In this document: positions 50,960-60,462 of the stretch, piece by piece
How the letters are laid out: every line of letters begins with the position of its first letter
How positions within the stretch are numbered: the stretch's first letter is position 1
Assembly: GCA_964391175.1 (NCBI GenBank)
Contig: CAYMKQ010000002.1
Location: 8,799-72,798, forward strand
DNA length: 64,000 nucleotides
Origin: an uncultured Gemmatimonadaceae bacterium
Lineage (GTDB): Bacteria; Gemmatimonadota; Gemmatimonadetes; Gemmatimonadales; Gemmatimonadaceae
Reading direction: 5' to 3'
The notes under the pieces: model-generated
What the model saw: only the letters and a program-made list of their open reading frames with translations
The model's database searches: none
What the model was told of the DNA's origin: nothing
Program-made: the position numbers and the translations under genes

Positions 50960-51778
50960 GTGGCGGAATTCTTTCCGGCGGACAAGCTGTTCCTCATCGC
51001 CGGACCGTGCGTTCTGGAGAGCGACGACCTGAACATGCGCGTCGGCGAAGCGCTCGCGAAGCTCGCCGAGAAGATTCCGGGCGGCATCATCTACAAGGCG
51101 AGCTTCGACAAGGCGAACCGGTCGAACCGTGGCGCCGCGCGCGGGCCGGGGCTGGACGCCGGGCTGGCCGCGCTCGAGCGCGTGCGGAAAGCTACCGGAC
51201 TTCCCGTGCTCACCGACGTACACGCGCCCGACCAGTGCGCTCCCGCGGCGAGCGTCGTGGACGTGCTCCAGATTCCAGCGTTCCTCTGCCGGCAGACGGA
51301 TCTTCTCGAGGCTGCGGGTGCCACCGGGAAACCGGTAAACGTGAAGAAGGGCCAGTGGCTCCAGCCGGAGGGAATGCGGGGAGCCGTTCAGAAGATTCGT
51401 GGCGGACCCGGCGATGCAGGTCGGTCGCGCGAAATTGCGGTGACGGAGCGGGGGACTTTTTTTGGTTACGGCGATCTCGTCGTCGACATGCGCTCCTTCA
51501 CGCGGATCCGCGAAGCGTGCGGAGCCCCGGTGATATTCGACGCTACCCACAGCGTACAGAAGCCGGGTCAGGGGCCCGATGGAGCCAGCGGTGGCGCGCG
51601 CGAATTCGTACCGGTGCTGGCGCTCTCGGCAATCGCCGCTGGGGCGCAGGGACTGTTTCTCGAGACCCATCCCGACCCGGACCGCGCTCCGAGTGACGGG
51701 CCGAACATGCTGTCACTCTCTGGTCTCGACGCGCTGATGGGCCGCGCGGTGGATATCTGGGCGCGCATCAACCGATGA
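50960..51778 (+). CDS. kdsA: KDO 8-phosphate synthase
   Basis: IAGPCVLES, KASFDKANRS, PAFLCRQTD, DATHSVQ motifs. Confidence 0.96.
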   Translation: MAEFFPADKLFLIAGPCVLESDDLNMRVGEALAKLAEKIPGGIIYKASFDKANRSNRGAARGPGLDAGLAALERVRKATGLPVLTDVHAPDQCAPAASVVDVLQIPAFLCRQTDLLEAAGATGKPVNVKKGQWLQPEGMRGAVQKIRGGPGDAGRSREIAVTERGTFFGYGDLVVDMRSFTRIREACGAPVIFDATHSVQKPGQGPDGASGGAREFVPVLALSAIAAGAQGLFLETHPDPDRAPSDGPNMLSLSGLDALMGRAVDIWARINR

Positions 51779-52740
51779 CCCACAAGGACATCGTCGAGCG
51801 TGGACGCCGGGTGCTCCGCATGGAGATGGAAGCACTTGGCGAAGCGGAGCGCCGCATCGGAGAGGACTTTGCGCGGGCCGTCGAGACGATCGCGCGCTCT
51901 ACGGGACGAGTGATCGTATCCGGAGTGGGCAAGTCCGGCCTGATCGGCCGCAAGATAGCCGCGACTCTCACCTCCACCGGGACCCCGGCGAATTTCCTCC
52001 ACCCCGCAGACAGCGTCCACGGTGACCTGGGTATCGTCGGTGAGTCTGACGTCGCCATCCTCATCTCGAAGAGCGGCGAGTCCGACGAGGTGCTGGGTCT
52101 CCTCAATCATCTGAAACGGCTGGGTGTATGTACGATAGCGCTCACCAGCAACGAGAAATCGACGCTCGCCCGCCACAGCGACGTCACTCTCGACGCCTGG
52201 GTGAGGGAGGAGGCCTGCCCGCACGACCTGGCGCCGACGACCAGTACCACAGTGGCGCTGGCGATTGGCGATGCGCTGGCGATCGCGCTGTTGGAGGAGA
52301 AGGGCTTTGACGCAGATGACTTCGCGCGCCTGCACCCGGGCGGCGCGATCGGCCGGCGGCTTCTAACCCGGGTCTCCGACGTCATGGTGACCGAGTGTAT
52401 TCCCGTTCTGCCTGAGGATGCGACGATGCGGCAGGCCGTGGTTCAGCTCGCGGAACGCCGCGGCATCGCGATCGTCGCCGCCGCGAACGGGACAGTCTCG
52501 GGTGTCATCACCACTGGCGACCTGACACGCCTGATGGAGCACGAAGAGAATGTTTTCCCGATTCCAGTCACTGAAGTGATGAACCGGACCCCCAAGGTCG
52601 CGCGCGCCGACGAGCTGGGAAGCGCCGTCGTGTATCGGATGGAGACGCACGGGATAATCTCGATGCCAGTGCTGGGCGTGAAGGACGAGATCGTCGGCGT
52701 CGTACACCTGCACGATCTGATGCGGGCCGGAGTCATCTAG
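51775..52740 (+). CDS. kdsD: Arabinose 5-phosphate isomerase (KpsF/GutQ, SIS plus CBS domains)
   Basis: GVGKSG, HGDLG, APTTST, HPGG, C-terminal CBS pair. Confidence 0.94.
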   Translation: MTHKDIVERGRRVLRMEMEALGEAERRIGEDFARAVETIARSTGRVIVSGVGKSGLIGRKIAATLTSTGTPANFLHPADSVHGDLGIVGESDVAILISKSGESDEVLGLLNHLKRLGVCTIALTSNEKSTLARHSDVTLDAWVREEACPHDLAPTTSTTVALAIGDALAIALLEEKGFDADDFARLHPGGAIGRRLLTRVSDVMVTECIPVLPEDATMRQAVVQLAERRGIAIVAAANGTVSGVITTGDLTRLMEHEENVFPIPVTEVMNRTPKVARADELGSAVVYRMETHGIISMPVLGVKDEIVGVVHLHDLMRAGVI

Positions 52741-53324
52741 TGCGTGGCTTTCTGATCGTTGCTTCGCTGGCGGTCATCCTGGGCGCGTGCAGCTCGAAGA
52801 CGGAGCCGCCGATCGTCACGGGTTCCGCGCTCGCCGACTCGGCCGACCAGGTCATGTATGGAGCCAGGTTCAACCTCACGGACAAGGGTCTCGAGCGCGC
52901 GCGAATGGAGGCGGACACCGCGTACTTCTTCGAGGACAACACCCGGATCGAGCTCGAAAACGTGCACACGACGTTTTATACGGCGGCCGGGGCAAAGGAT
53001 GCCGTGTTGACCTCACGGCGCGGAACCTACAACAGTCGCACCAGCAACATGGTTGCGCGGAAGAATGTGGTGGTGGTGTCAGAAGATGGCCGGCGCCTCA
53101 CGACCCCGGAGCTCATTTACAATCAGCAGAGGAACGAGATCTCGAGCGACAGCGCATTCGTCATGACCGAGCCGAATCGCCGGCTCGAAGGTATCGGGTT
53201 CCGCTCCGATCCGGACATGAAGAACATCCAGATCCTGAAGGGTGCGAGCGGAATCGCCAGGGGAGTATCTACGCAGCCCGCGACTACGCCTGCGCCCCCT
53301 GCTCCGGTTGTTCCGAAGCGTTGA
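52740..53324 (+). CDS. lptC: LPS export periplasmic protein LptC
   Basis: Lipoprotein-like N-terminus (LGAC), beta-jellyroll-like strands, position between kdsD and lptA/lptB. Confidence 0.8.
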   Translation: MRGFLIVASLAVILGACSSKTEPPIVTGSALADSADQVMYGARFNLTDKGLERARMEADTAYFFEDNTRIELENVHTTFYTAAGAKDAVLTSRRGTYNSRTSNMVARKNVVVVSEDGRRLTTPELIYNQQRNEISSDSAFVMTEPNRRLEGIGFRSDPDMKNIQILKGASGIARGVSTQPATTPAPPAPVVPKR

Positions 53325-54685
53325 AAGTCGTGAAGCTGCCTATCTCGCTGGTTTTGTCTTTCGCCTTGGCCGCGACCGCTAACGCGCAAAACATTCCGCG
53401 CAGCTGCGACCTGGAATTTCCCAACACGCCCGGGACAACGGCGACGATTCGTGAGGATCCGAGCGGCAAGAGAACGACTTTCCTGAGCGGCGGGATCGTC
53501 GCCCACTGCATCGGCCAAGGCAATACCCTCACCGCCGATAGCGCCGAGTATTACGAAGACCGTGGAATGCTCTATCTGGTCGGCAACGTGCACTACACCG
53601 AGCCAAGGGCAACGGTGGATTCGCGCACGATGACGTACTACCAGGCCGATGATCACCTTCACGCCGAAGGGGATGTCGTCGCGGTGATGTCGAACGGGAG
53701 CACCCTGCGAGGACCGGTTGCCGACTACTATCGAAGCACGCCCCAGCGGCCAATGGCTCGCCTCGTCGCGCCAGGACGCCCGGTCGTTACAATCGTGCAA
53801 AGAGATACTTCGGGTCGTGGCAGGCCGCCGGATACCGCGCACGTGGTCGCGAATCAGATCGTGATGGATGGCGACAGCCTGGTTTACGCATCGATTGCCG
53901 TGCAGATCACCCGGCCCGATCTCCTAGCCAAGGGCGACTCCGCTTTCCTTGACGGTGGAAAGGACTTCGCTCGGCTGATGAAGGGTCCCAGCGTTGAAGG
54001 AAAGGGTGAGCGTCCGTTCACTTTGACGGGCGGGATCATCGATCTCTACTCGAGAAACCGTCAGCTCGAGCGCGTAGTCGCCACACCCAGCGGACATGCG
54101 CGGAGCCAGGATCTCGAGCTGGTCGCTGACTCGATCGACGTGCGCCTCCAGAACAATCAGCTCCAGCGCGCTATCGCCTGGGGCAGCAAGCCCGCGCGCG
54201 CGATCTCGCCGGAGCGTGAGATCGTCGCCGACTCGATTGATGCTATCATGCCGGGTCAGCGGGTGAGGGAGGTCCATGCCGTGGGAAATGCCTTCGCCAA
54301 CAGTGCTCCCGATTCTGGTGTCGTGACCGATGAGCGCGATTGGCTCAGCGGAGACACCATTGTCGCGCGCTTCGATTCGGTTGCTTCCGACGACTCCGCA
54401 AGCCGCCCGCGTATCCGGGAGATTGTGGCCGAGGGCAACGCGAGATCATACTACCAGATGAAGAGCTCCCGGGGACCGCAGACCCAGCCAAGCGTCAATT
54501 ACGTGCGCGGCAGGGTAATCCAGATTGAGTTCGAGGACAAGCGGGTCGCGACCGTCACCGTGACAGACCAGGCTACGGGCGTCCTGATAGAGCCTGCCGC
54601 CACTTCCACGACGGAACGACCGCCGGCCGGCCCCGACCAGCAGCGGCCGGCGAATCCGGCAAGCCCGCCGGTCATCCGACGATGA
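53321..54685 (+). CDS. OstA/LptA-like periplasmic beta-jellyroll protein (454 aa)
   Basis: Signal peptide, repeated L.ADS / GNV / GD.I motifs typical of OstA-like folds, position between lptC and lptB. Confidence 0.7.
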   Translation: MKVVKLPISLVLSFALAATANAQNIPRSCDLEFPNTPGTTATIREDPSGKRTTFLSGGIVAHCIGQGNTLTADSAEYYEDRGMLYLVGNVHYTEPRATVDSRTMTYYQADDHLHAEGDVVAVMSNGSTLRGPVADYYRSTPQRPMARLVAPGRPVVTIVQRDTSGRGRPPDTAHVVANQIVMDGDSLVYASIAVQITRPDLLAKGDSAFLDGGKDFARLMKGPSVEGKGERPFTLTGGIIDLYSRNRQLERVVATPSGHARSQDLELVADSIDVRLQNNQLQRAIAWGSKPARAISPEREIVADSIDAIMPGQRVREVHAVGNAFANSAPDSGVVTDERDWLSGDTIVARFDSVASDDSASRPRIREIVAEGNARSYYQMKSSRGPQTQPSVNYVRGRVIQIEFEDKRVATVTVTDQATGVLIEPAATSTTERPPAGPDQQRPANPASPPVIRR

Positions 54686-55908
54686 CTCAGGGCGGGAATC
54701 TCCCTGACCGCGTTCGGAGCCTCATCGGCGGCCTGTCCGAGCGGGAAAGACTGGACGGTTTCGCGCTGGACGCCATCGTCCGAGCAGCGGATGTGAATGG
54801 TGTAGCGCGAATTCGCGACGTCGCGGCGTATTATCGCGACGACCATCTCCGGGCACTAAGAGCGAAGGGTCAGGACGCGGAGCGCGAAGCCGGCCGTCTG
54901 GCACAGGACGAAGTGAGAGCCTACCTGACGACGTCCATCCTTCCCCGCCTGGCGGAAAGCGGAGTACTGCTTTCGCTCGATGGAGACATGGAGAGTGACG
55001 ACGCGATCGTGCGCGTCGTTCCATCTCTCTGGGCCGATATCGCTCCCAATCGCGCGGAGTTCGCGGAAACGATGCGCGAGACGGGCGAGCATTCGCGCCT
55101 GGCGCTCGCGACCCCGCCCCGAACACGCGTCATCAGCGGCAGCGTTCTCGAAGCCGAGGGACTGACGAAGATCTATCGCGGACGGAAGGTGGTGAACGAT
55201 GTCGCGCTCCGCCTCCAGCAGGGCGAGATCGTGGGGTTGCTCGGCCCGAACGGCGCTGGAAAGACCACCACGTTCTACATGATCGTAGGACTCATTCAAC
55301 CATTGTCAGGCCGCATTCTGCTCGATGGCGAAGACATCTCCAGGCTCCCGATGTATCAACGGGCGCGCCGGGGAATCGGCTACCTCTCGCAGGAGCCGTC
55401 AATCTTCCGCAAGCTCTCCGTCGAGGACAATATTCTGGCGATTCTCGAGACGCTTCCGCTGTCTTCCGCGGAGCGCAGCGAACGTCTCGAAAGACTCCTC
55501 GACGAGCTGAGCATCAAGCGGCTTCGCAAGAGCAAGGCGTACGCGCTCTCCGGGGGCGAGCGGCGGCGACTCGAGATCACGCGAGCGCTCGTGACTGACC
55601 CCAAGTTCATGATGCTCGACGAGCCATTCGCCGGAGTCGATCCGATCGCGGTACACGACATCCAGACCATTGTTGCCGGGCTGCGGCACCGCGGGATCGG
55701 GGTGCTGATCAGCGATCACAACGTGGAACAGACGCTCGACATTGTGGACCGGGCATACATTATGTTCGATGGACAGGTAAAGGTCTCCGGAACAGTCCGG
55801 GATCTCGTATTCGACGATACGGTGGCTGACATCTATCTGGGTCCAACCCTCACCGCGCGCTTGCGCGAGCGATTCTCGCGCACGAGAGACGAGGCGGGAG
55901 TCTCTTGA
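54682..55908 (+). CDS. lptB: LPS export ABC ATP-binding protein LptB with N-terminal extension
   Basis: GPNGAGKTT, YLSQEPSIFRKL, LSGGERRR, LDEPFAGVDP, SDHNV motifs in the C-terminal ~250 aa. Confidence 0.93.
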   Translation: MTQGGNLPDRVRSLIGGLSERERLDGFALDAIVRAADVNGVARIRDVAAYYRDDHLRALRAKGQDAEREAGRLAQDEVRAYLTTSILPRLAESGVLLSLDGDMESDDAIVRVVPSLWADIAPNRAEFAETMRETGEHSRLALATPPRTRVISGSVLEAEGLTKIYRGRKVVNDVALRLQQGEIVGLLGPNGAGKTTTFYMIVGLIQPLSGRILLDGEDISRLPMYQRARRGIGYLSQEPSIFRKLSVEDNILAILETLPLSSAERSERLERLLDELSIKRLRKSKAYALSGGERRRLEITRALVTDPKFMMLDEPFAGVDPIAVHDIQTIVAGLRHRGIGVLISDHNVEQTLDIVDRAYIMFDGQVKVSGTVRDLVFDDTVADIYLGPTLTARLRERFSRTRDEAGVS

Positions 55909-57374
55909 AGCCGGGTCTCCACCAGTCGACACAGCTTCGGCAGGAGCTGAAAATCAATCCGCGCCTGTACCAGGCGATGGATCTGCTCTACATGCCTCTG
56001 CTCGATCTCCAGCAGCACCTCAAGCAGGAGCTCCTCAACAATCCGTTTCTCGACCTCGTCGAGGCGGAGGACGACGAGGAGGAGGAGCAGGAGGGTGAAG
56101 CCGACGAGCCCGCGCAGGCAGAGCCCGAAGATGAGCGCGCCGGCGAGATAGACTGGGAAGAAATCCTCCTCGACGGCTTCGACACGGCGGGCGGACGTCG
56201 CGAGGAGCATGAGGAGCGCGAGTACTTCGAGCCGGTCACGGTCGCGACGCGCGACCTGAGCGATCATCTGCGCGATCAGGTCAGTCTCCTCGAGCTGACT
56301 CCGCGCCAGACCCTTCTGGCGGACGAGTTCATCGGAAACATCAATGACGACGGTTATCTGGCTTCCGGCGCGGAGGACATCATCCGCACGCTCAACGAAG
56401 TCGTCACGAAGGCCGCCGAGGAAGCGGGTCGCGACACTGACGATCTGCCTCTCTATTCCGTGGAGGAAGGGCAGAGGATGCTCGCCACCGTGCAGAGCCT
56501 CGATCCGCCGGGCGTGGGCGCGCAGGACCTGCGGGAGTGCCTCCTTCTCCAGCTGAAGGAAGCGGGGCTCGAGCAATCGGTTCCGTATCGCCTGGTGCGG
56601 GATTGCTTCGAGGAGCTGATCAACCACCGCTGGAGCGAGATCTCCAAGCGGTTCGGCATCAGCGCCGCCGACGTGCAGAAAGCAGCCGATGAGATCGCCA
56701 AGCTCGACCCGAAACCGGGTCTCCAGTACGGGTCGCGCGACTACAACTACATCATCCCCGACCTCATCGTCGAGAAGATAGACGACCGCTACCACGTCTT
56801 CCTCAACGATGCGAATCTTCCGCGCCTGAAGCTCAGTCGAGCCTATCAGGAGATCGCGCGCGACAAGAAGAAGTTCGACGGCGAGAACAAGGAGTTCATC
56901 TCCAACAAGCTCAACTCGGCCAACTGGATGATCCAGGCGATCGAGCAGCGACGTCAAACGATGCTCAAGGTCATGAACTACATCGTCGAGCGGCAGCGCG
57001 AATTCTTCGAGAAGGGAATCCAGTACCTCAAGCCGCTCACGCTGCGCGAGGTGGCCGAGGTGATCAACATGCACGAGTCCACGGTGAGCCGCGTCACCAA
57101 CGAGAAGTTCGTGCAGACACCGCGAGGCGTGCTCCCCCTCAAGTTCTTCTTTTCTTCCGGTCTCGCCACCTCGGACGGAGAGGATGTGTCGGCCCGAGGC
57201 ATCAAGGCGCAGCTCCAGAAGCTGGTGCAGGAAGAGGATTCGAAGCATCCCCTCACCGACCAGGCGATAGTGAACATCCTCCGAGAGAGCGGCGTGCAGA
57301 TCGCCCGCAGAACCGTAGCCAAGTATCGAGATCAGCTCGGAGTCCTTTCGGCTCGCATGCGGAAGCGCGTATGA
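55905..57374 (+). CDS. rpoN: RNA polymerase sigma-54 factor
   Basis: Gln/Leu-rich region I, DPPGVGA..LRECL, HESTVSR, RpoN box ARRTVAKYR. Confidence 0.97.
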   Translation: MKPGLHQSTQLRQELKINPRLYQAMDLLYMPLLDLQQHLKQELLNNPFLDLVEAEDDEEEEQEGEADEPAQAEPEDERAGEIDWEEILLDGFDTAGGRREEHEEREYFEPVTVATRDLSDHLRDQVSLLELTPRQTLLADEFIGNINDDGYLASGAEDIIRTLNEVVTKAAEEAGRDTDDLPLYSVEEGQRMLATVQSLDPPGVGAQDLRECLLLQLKEAGLEQSVPYRLVRDCFEELINHRWSEISKRFGISAADVQKAADEIAKLDPKPGLQYGSRDYNYIIPDLIVEKIDDRYHVFLNDANLPRLKLSRAYQEIARDKKKFDGENKEFISNKLNSANWMIQAIEQRRQTMLKVMNYIVERQREFFEKGIQYLKPLTLREVAEVINMHESTVSRVTNEKFVQTPRGVLPLKFFFSSGLATSDGEDVSARGIKAQLQKLVQEEDSKHPLTDQAIVNILRESGVQIARRTVAKYRDQLGVLSARMRKRV

Positions 57375-58375
57375 CGTCGCCGCCCGAGACCGATACCGCC
57401 CAGCGGTTCAGAGGACAGTTTGTGAGCGCGAGGCCCGAGGTGAGCGTTCTCGTTCCCGCCCGGGACGAAGCCGAAAATCTTCCCCTCTTCATGGAGCAGG
57501 CGCGTGCCGCGTTCGCCTCCGCGCCGCTCCGATACGAGGTTGTCGTGGTCGACGATGGATCGATCGATGGAACGTGGGACGTGCTCCAGCGCCTCGCGCG
57601 CGAGTACACATTCCTTCGCCCAGTCCGGCACGGCGTGCGCCGCGGCATCGCGGATGCTTTGCGAACGGGATACCTGAACGCCCGTGGAAGCGTACTCGTC
57701 TTCTACCCCGCCGATCTTCAGTACAAGCCGGAGGATATTCCCCGTCTCGTCGCTCCGATTCTCGCCGGCGATTCGGACATCGTGACCGGCTACAAGGAAG
57801 GGAAGTACGAGAAAGCGTTCGTCTCCGGGATCTACAACAGCCTGAGCAGGTCGCTCTTCAAGGTCACCGTGCGCGATCTCAACTCGGTGAAGGCGTACCG
57901 GCGCGAGGTGATGGATGCGCTTCCGAATCGCCCCGACTGGCACCGCTACATGGTCGTGATGGCTGCCGCCGAGGGGTTCTCGGTGTCGGAGGTGTTGGTC
58001 CCGCTGTACCCGCGCAACGCGGGCCAGTCGAAGTTCGGAATCGGCCGCATCCCCGTCGGTTTGCTCGACATGCTCGCCGTGTGGTTCGAGCTCCGGTTCG
58101 CTCGCAAGCCTCTCCTGCTTTTCGGCATGCTCGGAGCCGGATTGTTCGTCGTCGGCGTGATCGTCGGAATCATCGCCATCGTCTGGCGTGTGATCGGCGG
58201 CGTCGGCTTCCGTCCGCTCATCAATCTCGTCGAGACGTGTCTCACCGTGGGGAGCGTGTTCTTCGCGACCGGCCTGATCGGCGAGCTGGTCGCGGCGCAG
58301 CGCGCCGAGCTCAGTCAGCTGCGAAAGCGCCTCGAAGACATATCGCAGGAACGCGATACGCCCCAGAACCGCTGA
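57371..58375 (+). CDS. Glycosyltransferase family 2 with two C-terminal TM helices (ArnC/GtrB-like)
   Basis: VPARDE, VDDGSIDGT, ADLQ, R.AG.SKF motifs, two C-terminal hydrophobic helices. Confidence 0.88.
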   Translation: MTSPPETDTAQRFRGQFVSARPEVSVLVPARDEAENLPLFMEQARAAFASAPLRYEVVVVDDGSIDGTWDVLQRLAREYTFLRPVRHGVRRGIADALRTGYLNARGSVLVFYPADLQYKPEDIPRLVAPILAGDSDIVTGYKEGKYEKAFVSGIYNSLSRSLFKVTVRDLNSVKAYRREVMDALPNRPDWHRYMVVMAAAEGFSVSEVLVPLYPRNAGQSKFGIGRIPVGLLDMLAVWFELRFARKPLLLFGMLGAGLFVVGVIVGIIAIVWRVIGGVGFRPLINLVETCLTVGSVFFATGLIGELVAAQRAELSQLRKRLEDISQERDTPQNR

Positions 58376-58379
58376 GCGG

Positions 58380-59546
58380 ATGAACGTACTCTTCCTCACG
58401 CACTCGTTTCCCCGTCGGGAAGGAGACGCCGCCGGCTCGTTCGTCCTCCGCCTCGCCGTCGCGCTACGCGCGGAAGATGTGAAGGTGCATGTGGTCGCTC
58501 CCGCGGCTGCTGGCGTTCCGGCCTCCGATGAGATCGAAGGCATCCACGTCGAGCGATTCAGGTATGCGCCACGCCGCTATGAGAAGCTCGCCTACACGGG
58601 GAACATGGCAAGCGACGTTGCCTCCTCGTGGAGTGCCAGGCTCGCACTGGTGGGATTCCTCGGCTCGGACTTCGTCCACGCCGTGCGCGCGCGGCGCAGC
58701 TTCGAGCCGCGGGTCGTGCACGCCCACTGGTGGTTTCCGAACGGGGTTGTGGGTACGTGGCTGGGTAGCCTCTCGCACCTCCCGCTTGTTACCACCCTGC
58801 ACGGCACCGACGTGCGGCTCGCGCGGACTGTCGGTGTCGCAAAGCCACTCTTCGCCCACGTGATGAGGCACTCAGCGGCGGTTACGGCGGTGTCACGCTG
58901 GCTCCAGGAAGAGACGGAGGAGCTCGTTCCTGGCACGCACGCCACGGTCGCGCCAATGCCGGTTGCAACCGAGCTCTTCGCACCCGGCGCGGCGCGCGAC
59001 AGCCAGCGGCTCCTCTTCGTCGGGCGGCTGACAGGACAGAAGGGACTCGAGCATCTCCTGCACGCGCTGTCGACGATGAGGACGCCCGCCACCCTCGACG
59101 TCGTGGGCGACGGTCCCAATCGCGAAGCGTTGGGGCAGCTCGCGGCTAGGCTCGGAATAGGGGAGCGTTTGCGATGGCACGGACAGCTCCCGCAGAGTGA
59201 GCTCGCGGCCATGTACCAGCGCGCCGCAGCGGTGGTCGTTCCTTCCGTGGACGAGGGTCTGGGCCTGGTTGCTGTCGAGGCGCTCCTCTGCGAGGCTCCC
59301 GTCGTAGCGTTCGACTCGGGCGGGCTGCGCGACATCGTCCAACATGAGAAGACCGGGCTTCTCGTGGCACCGGGCGATCGCGCGGCCCTCGCCAGGACCC
59401 TCGACGATGTGCTCGGCCGCGATGGTCGCGGTGCCGACCTCGGCAGGGCAGGGCGGCTGTACGCGCTTTCCGCCTTCGCGCCGGAGTCCGCGGCGCGTCG
59501 CTACGCAGGTATTTACCGACAGGTTCTTGGCGGTATCGCGTCGTAA
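58380..59546 (+). CDS. Glycosyltransferase family 4
   Basis: HAHWW, TLHGTD, FVGRL..QKG, EGLGLVAVEA (EX7E) motifs. Confidence 0.92.
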   Translation: MNVLFLTHSFPRREGDAAGSFVLRLAVALRAEDVKVHVVAPAAAGVPASDEIEGIHVERFRYAPRRYEKLAYTGNMASDVASSWSARLALVGFLGSDFVHAVRARRSFEPRVVHAHWWFPNGVVGTWLGSLSHLPLVTTLHGTDVRLARTVGVAKPLFAHVMRHSAAVTAVSRWLQEETEELVPGTHATVAPMPVATELFAPGAARDSQRLLFVGRLTGQKGLEHLLHALSTMRTPATLDVVGDGPNREALGQLAARLGIGERLRWHGQLPQSELAAMYQRAAAVVVPSVDEGLGLVAVEALLCEAPVVAFDSGGLRDIVQHEKTGLLVAPGDRAALARTLDDVLGRDGRGADLGRAGRLYALSAFAPESAARRYAGIYRQVLGGIAS

Positions 59547-60459
59547 CCTGTTCAGAGCGGCACAGTGGATCTTTGCCGCTCTGGTTCTGTTCTTCGCCGC
59601 CGCATCGCTGGCGGGCCAGTGGGACAAGATCGGCTCGAGCCTCGTCCACCTTCAGTTCGGGTGGCAGTGGATAGCGGCGGCAACGCTCCTGATTCTCGTC
59701 ACCTACGCGCTGCTCATCGAGGGCTGGCGAAGAATTCTGAGCGCGTGGGATTCCCATCTCGCATTCACCCACGCCGCACGGATCTGGTTCCTTTCGAACC
59801 TCGGGAAATACGTACCCGGCAATATCTGGTCGCTTACCGCGATGGGGGTGATGGCGAGCAAGCGGGGCCTTTCGGGTCTCGCCGCCGCGGGGTCTTCGAT
59901 CATCATGCAGATGGTAACTCTGGCGACGGGCACGGCGATCGTGATGGTCACGAGTGCCAAGCTCCTCGGCCAACCGCTGCTCGTTGGGGCAGCGGTTCTT
60001 CTCCTGGTTGTCGGGCTCCTAACCGCTCCGCGGTTCCTTCCGCCGCTCGCCGTGTGGGCGGGCAATCTCACCGGCAGGGAGATCGCTCCACCTTCGGTTC
60101 CGCCCGCCAGCATCTGGACTGCGGCAGTCGCGAGCACACTGTCGTGGCTGCTGTACGGCCTCGCTTTTCAGTTTTTCGTGCGCGGACTGCTCGGCGATGC
60201 GCCTGGCGAAATCAGCTCTTACATCGCAGTTTACACCGCTGCATATATCCTCGGTTTCATCTCGCCGATCGCGCCGGCCGGCCTGGGCGTGAGAGAGATC
60301 ACACTCGCCGCATTCATGACGCAGCTCGGACTCGCGAACGAAGCGGATGCAGCACTAGTTGCGATCGCGGCACGGTTGTGGCTGACTGTCGTCGAACTGG
60401 TGCCGAGCGGCTTGTACATCGCCGCCGGCGCAACCCGAAGATCTCTACCGAACCGATAG
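59527..60459 (+). CDS. Lysylphosphatidylglycerol-synthase-TM / flippase-like membrane protein (UPF0104-type)
   Basis: Multi-TM, SNLGKYVPG and PAGLGVRE motifs. TTG start inferred. Confidence 0.78.
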   Translation: MAVSRRNLFRAAQWIFAALVLFFAAASLAGQWDKIGSSLVHLQFGWQWIAAATLLILVTYALLIEGWRRILSAWDSHLAFTHAARIWFLSNLGKYVPGNIWSLTAMGVMASKRGLSGLAAAGSSIIMQMVTLATGTAIVMVTSAKLLGQPLLVGAAVLLLVVGLLTAPRFLPPLAVWAGNLTGREIAPPSVPPASIWTAAVASTLSWLLYGLAFQFFVRGLLGDAPGEISSYIAVYTAAYILGFISPIAPAGLGVREITLAAFMTQLGLANEADAALVAIAARLWLTVVELVPSGLYIAAGATRRSLPNR

Positions 60460-60462
60460 GCA

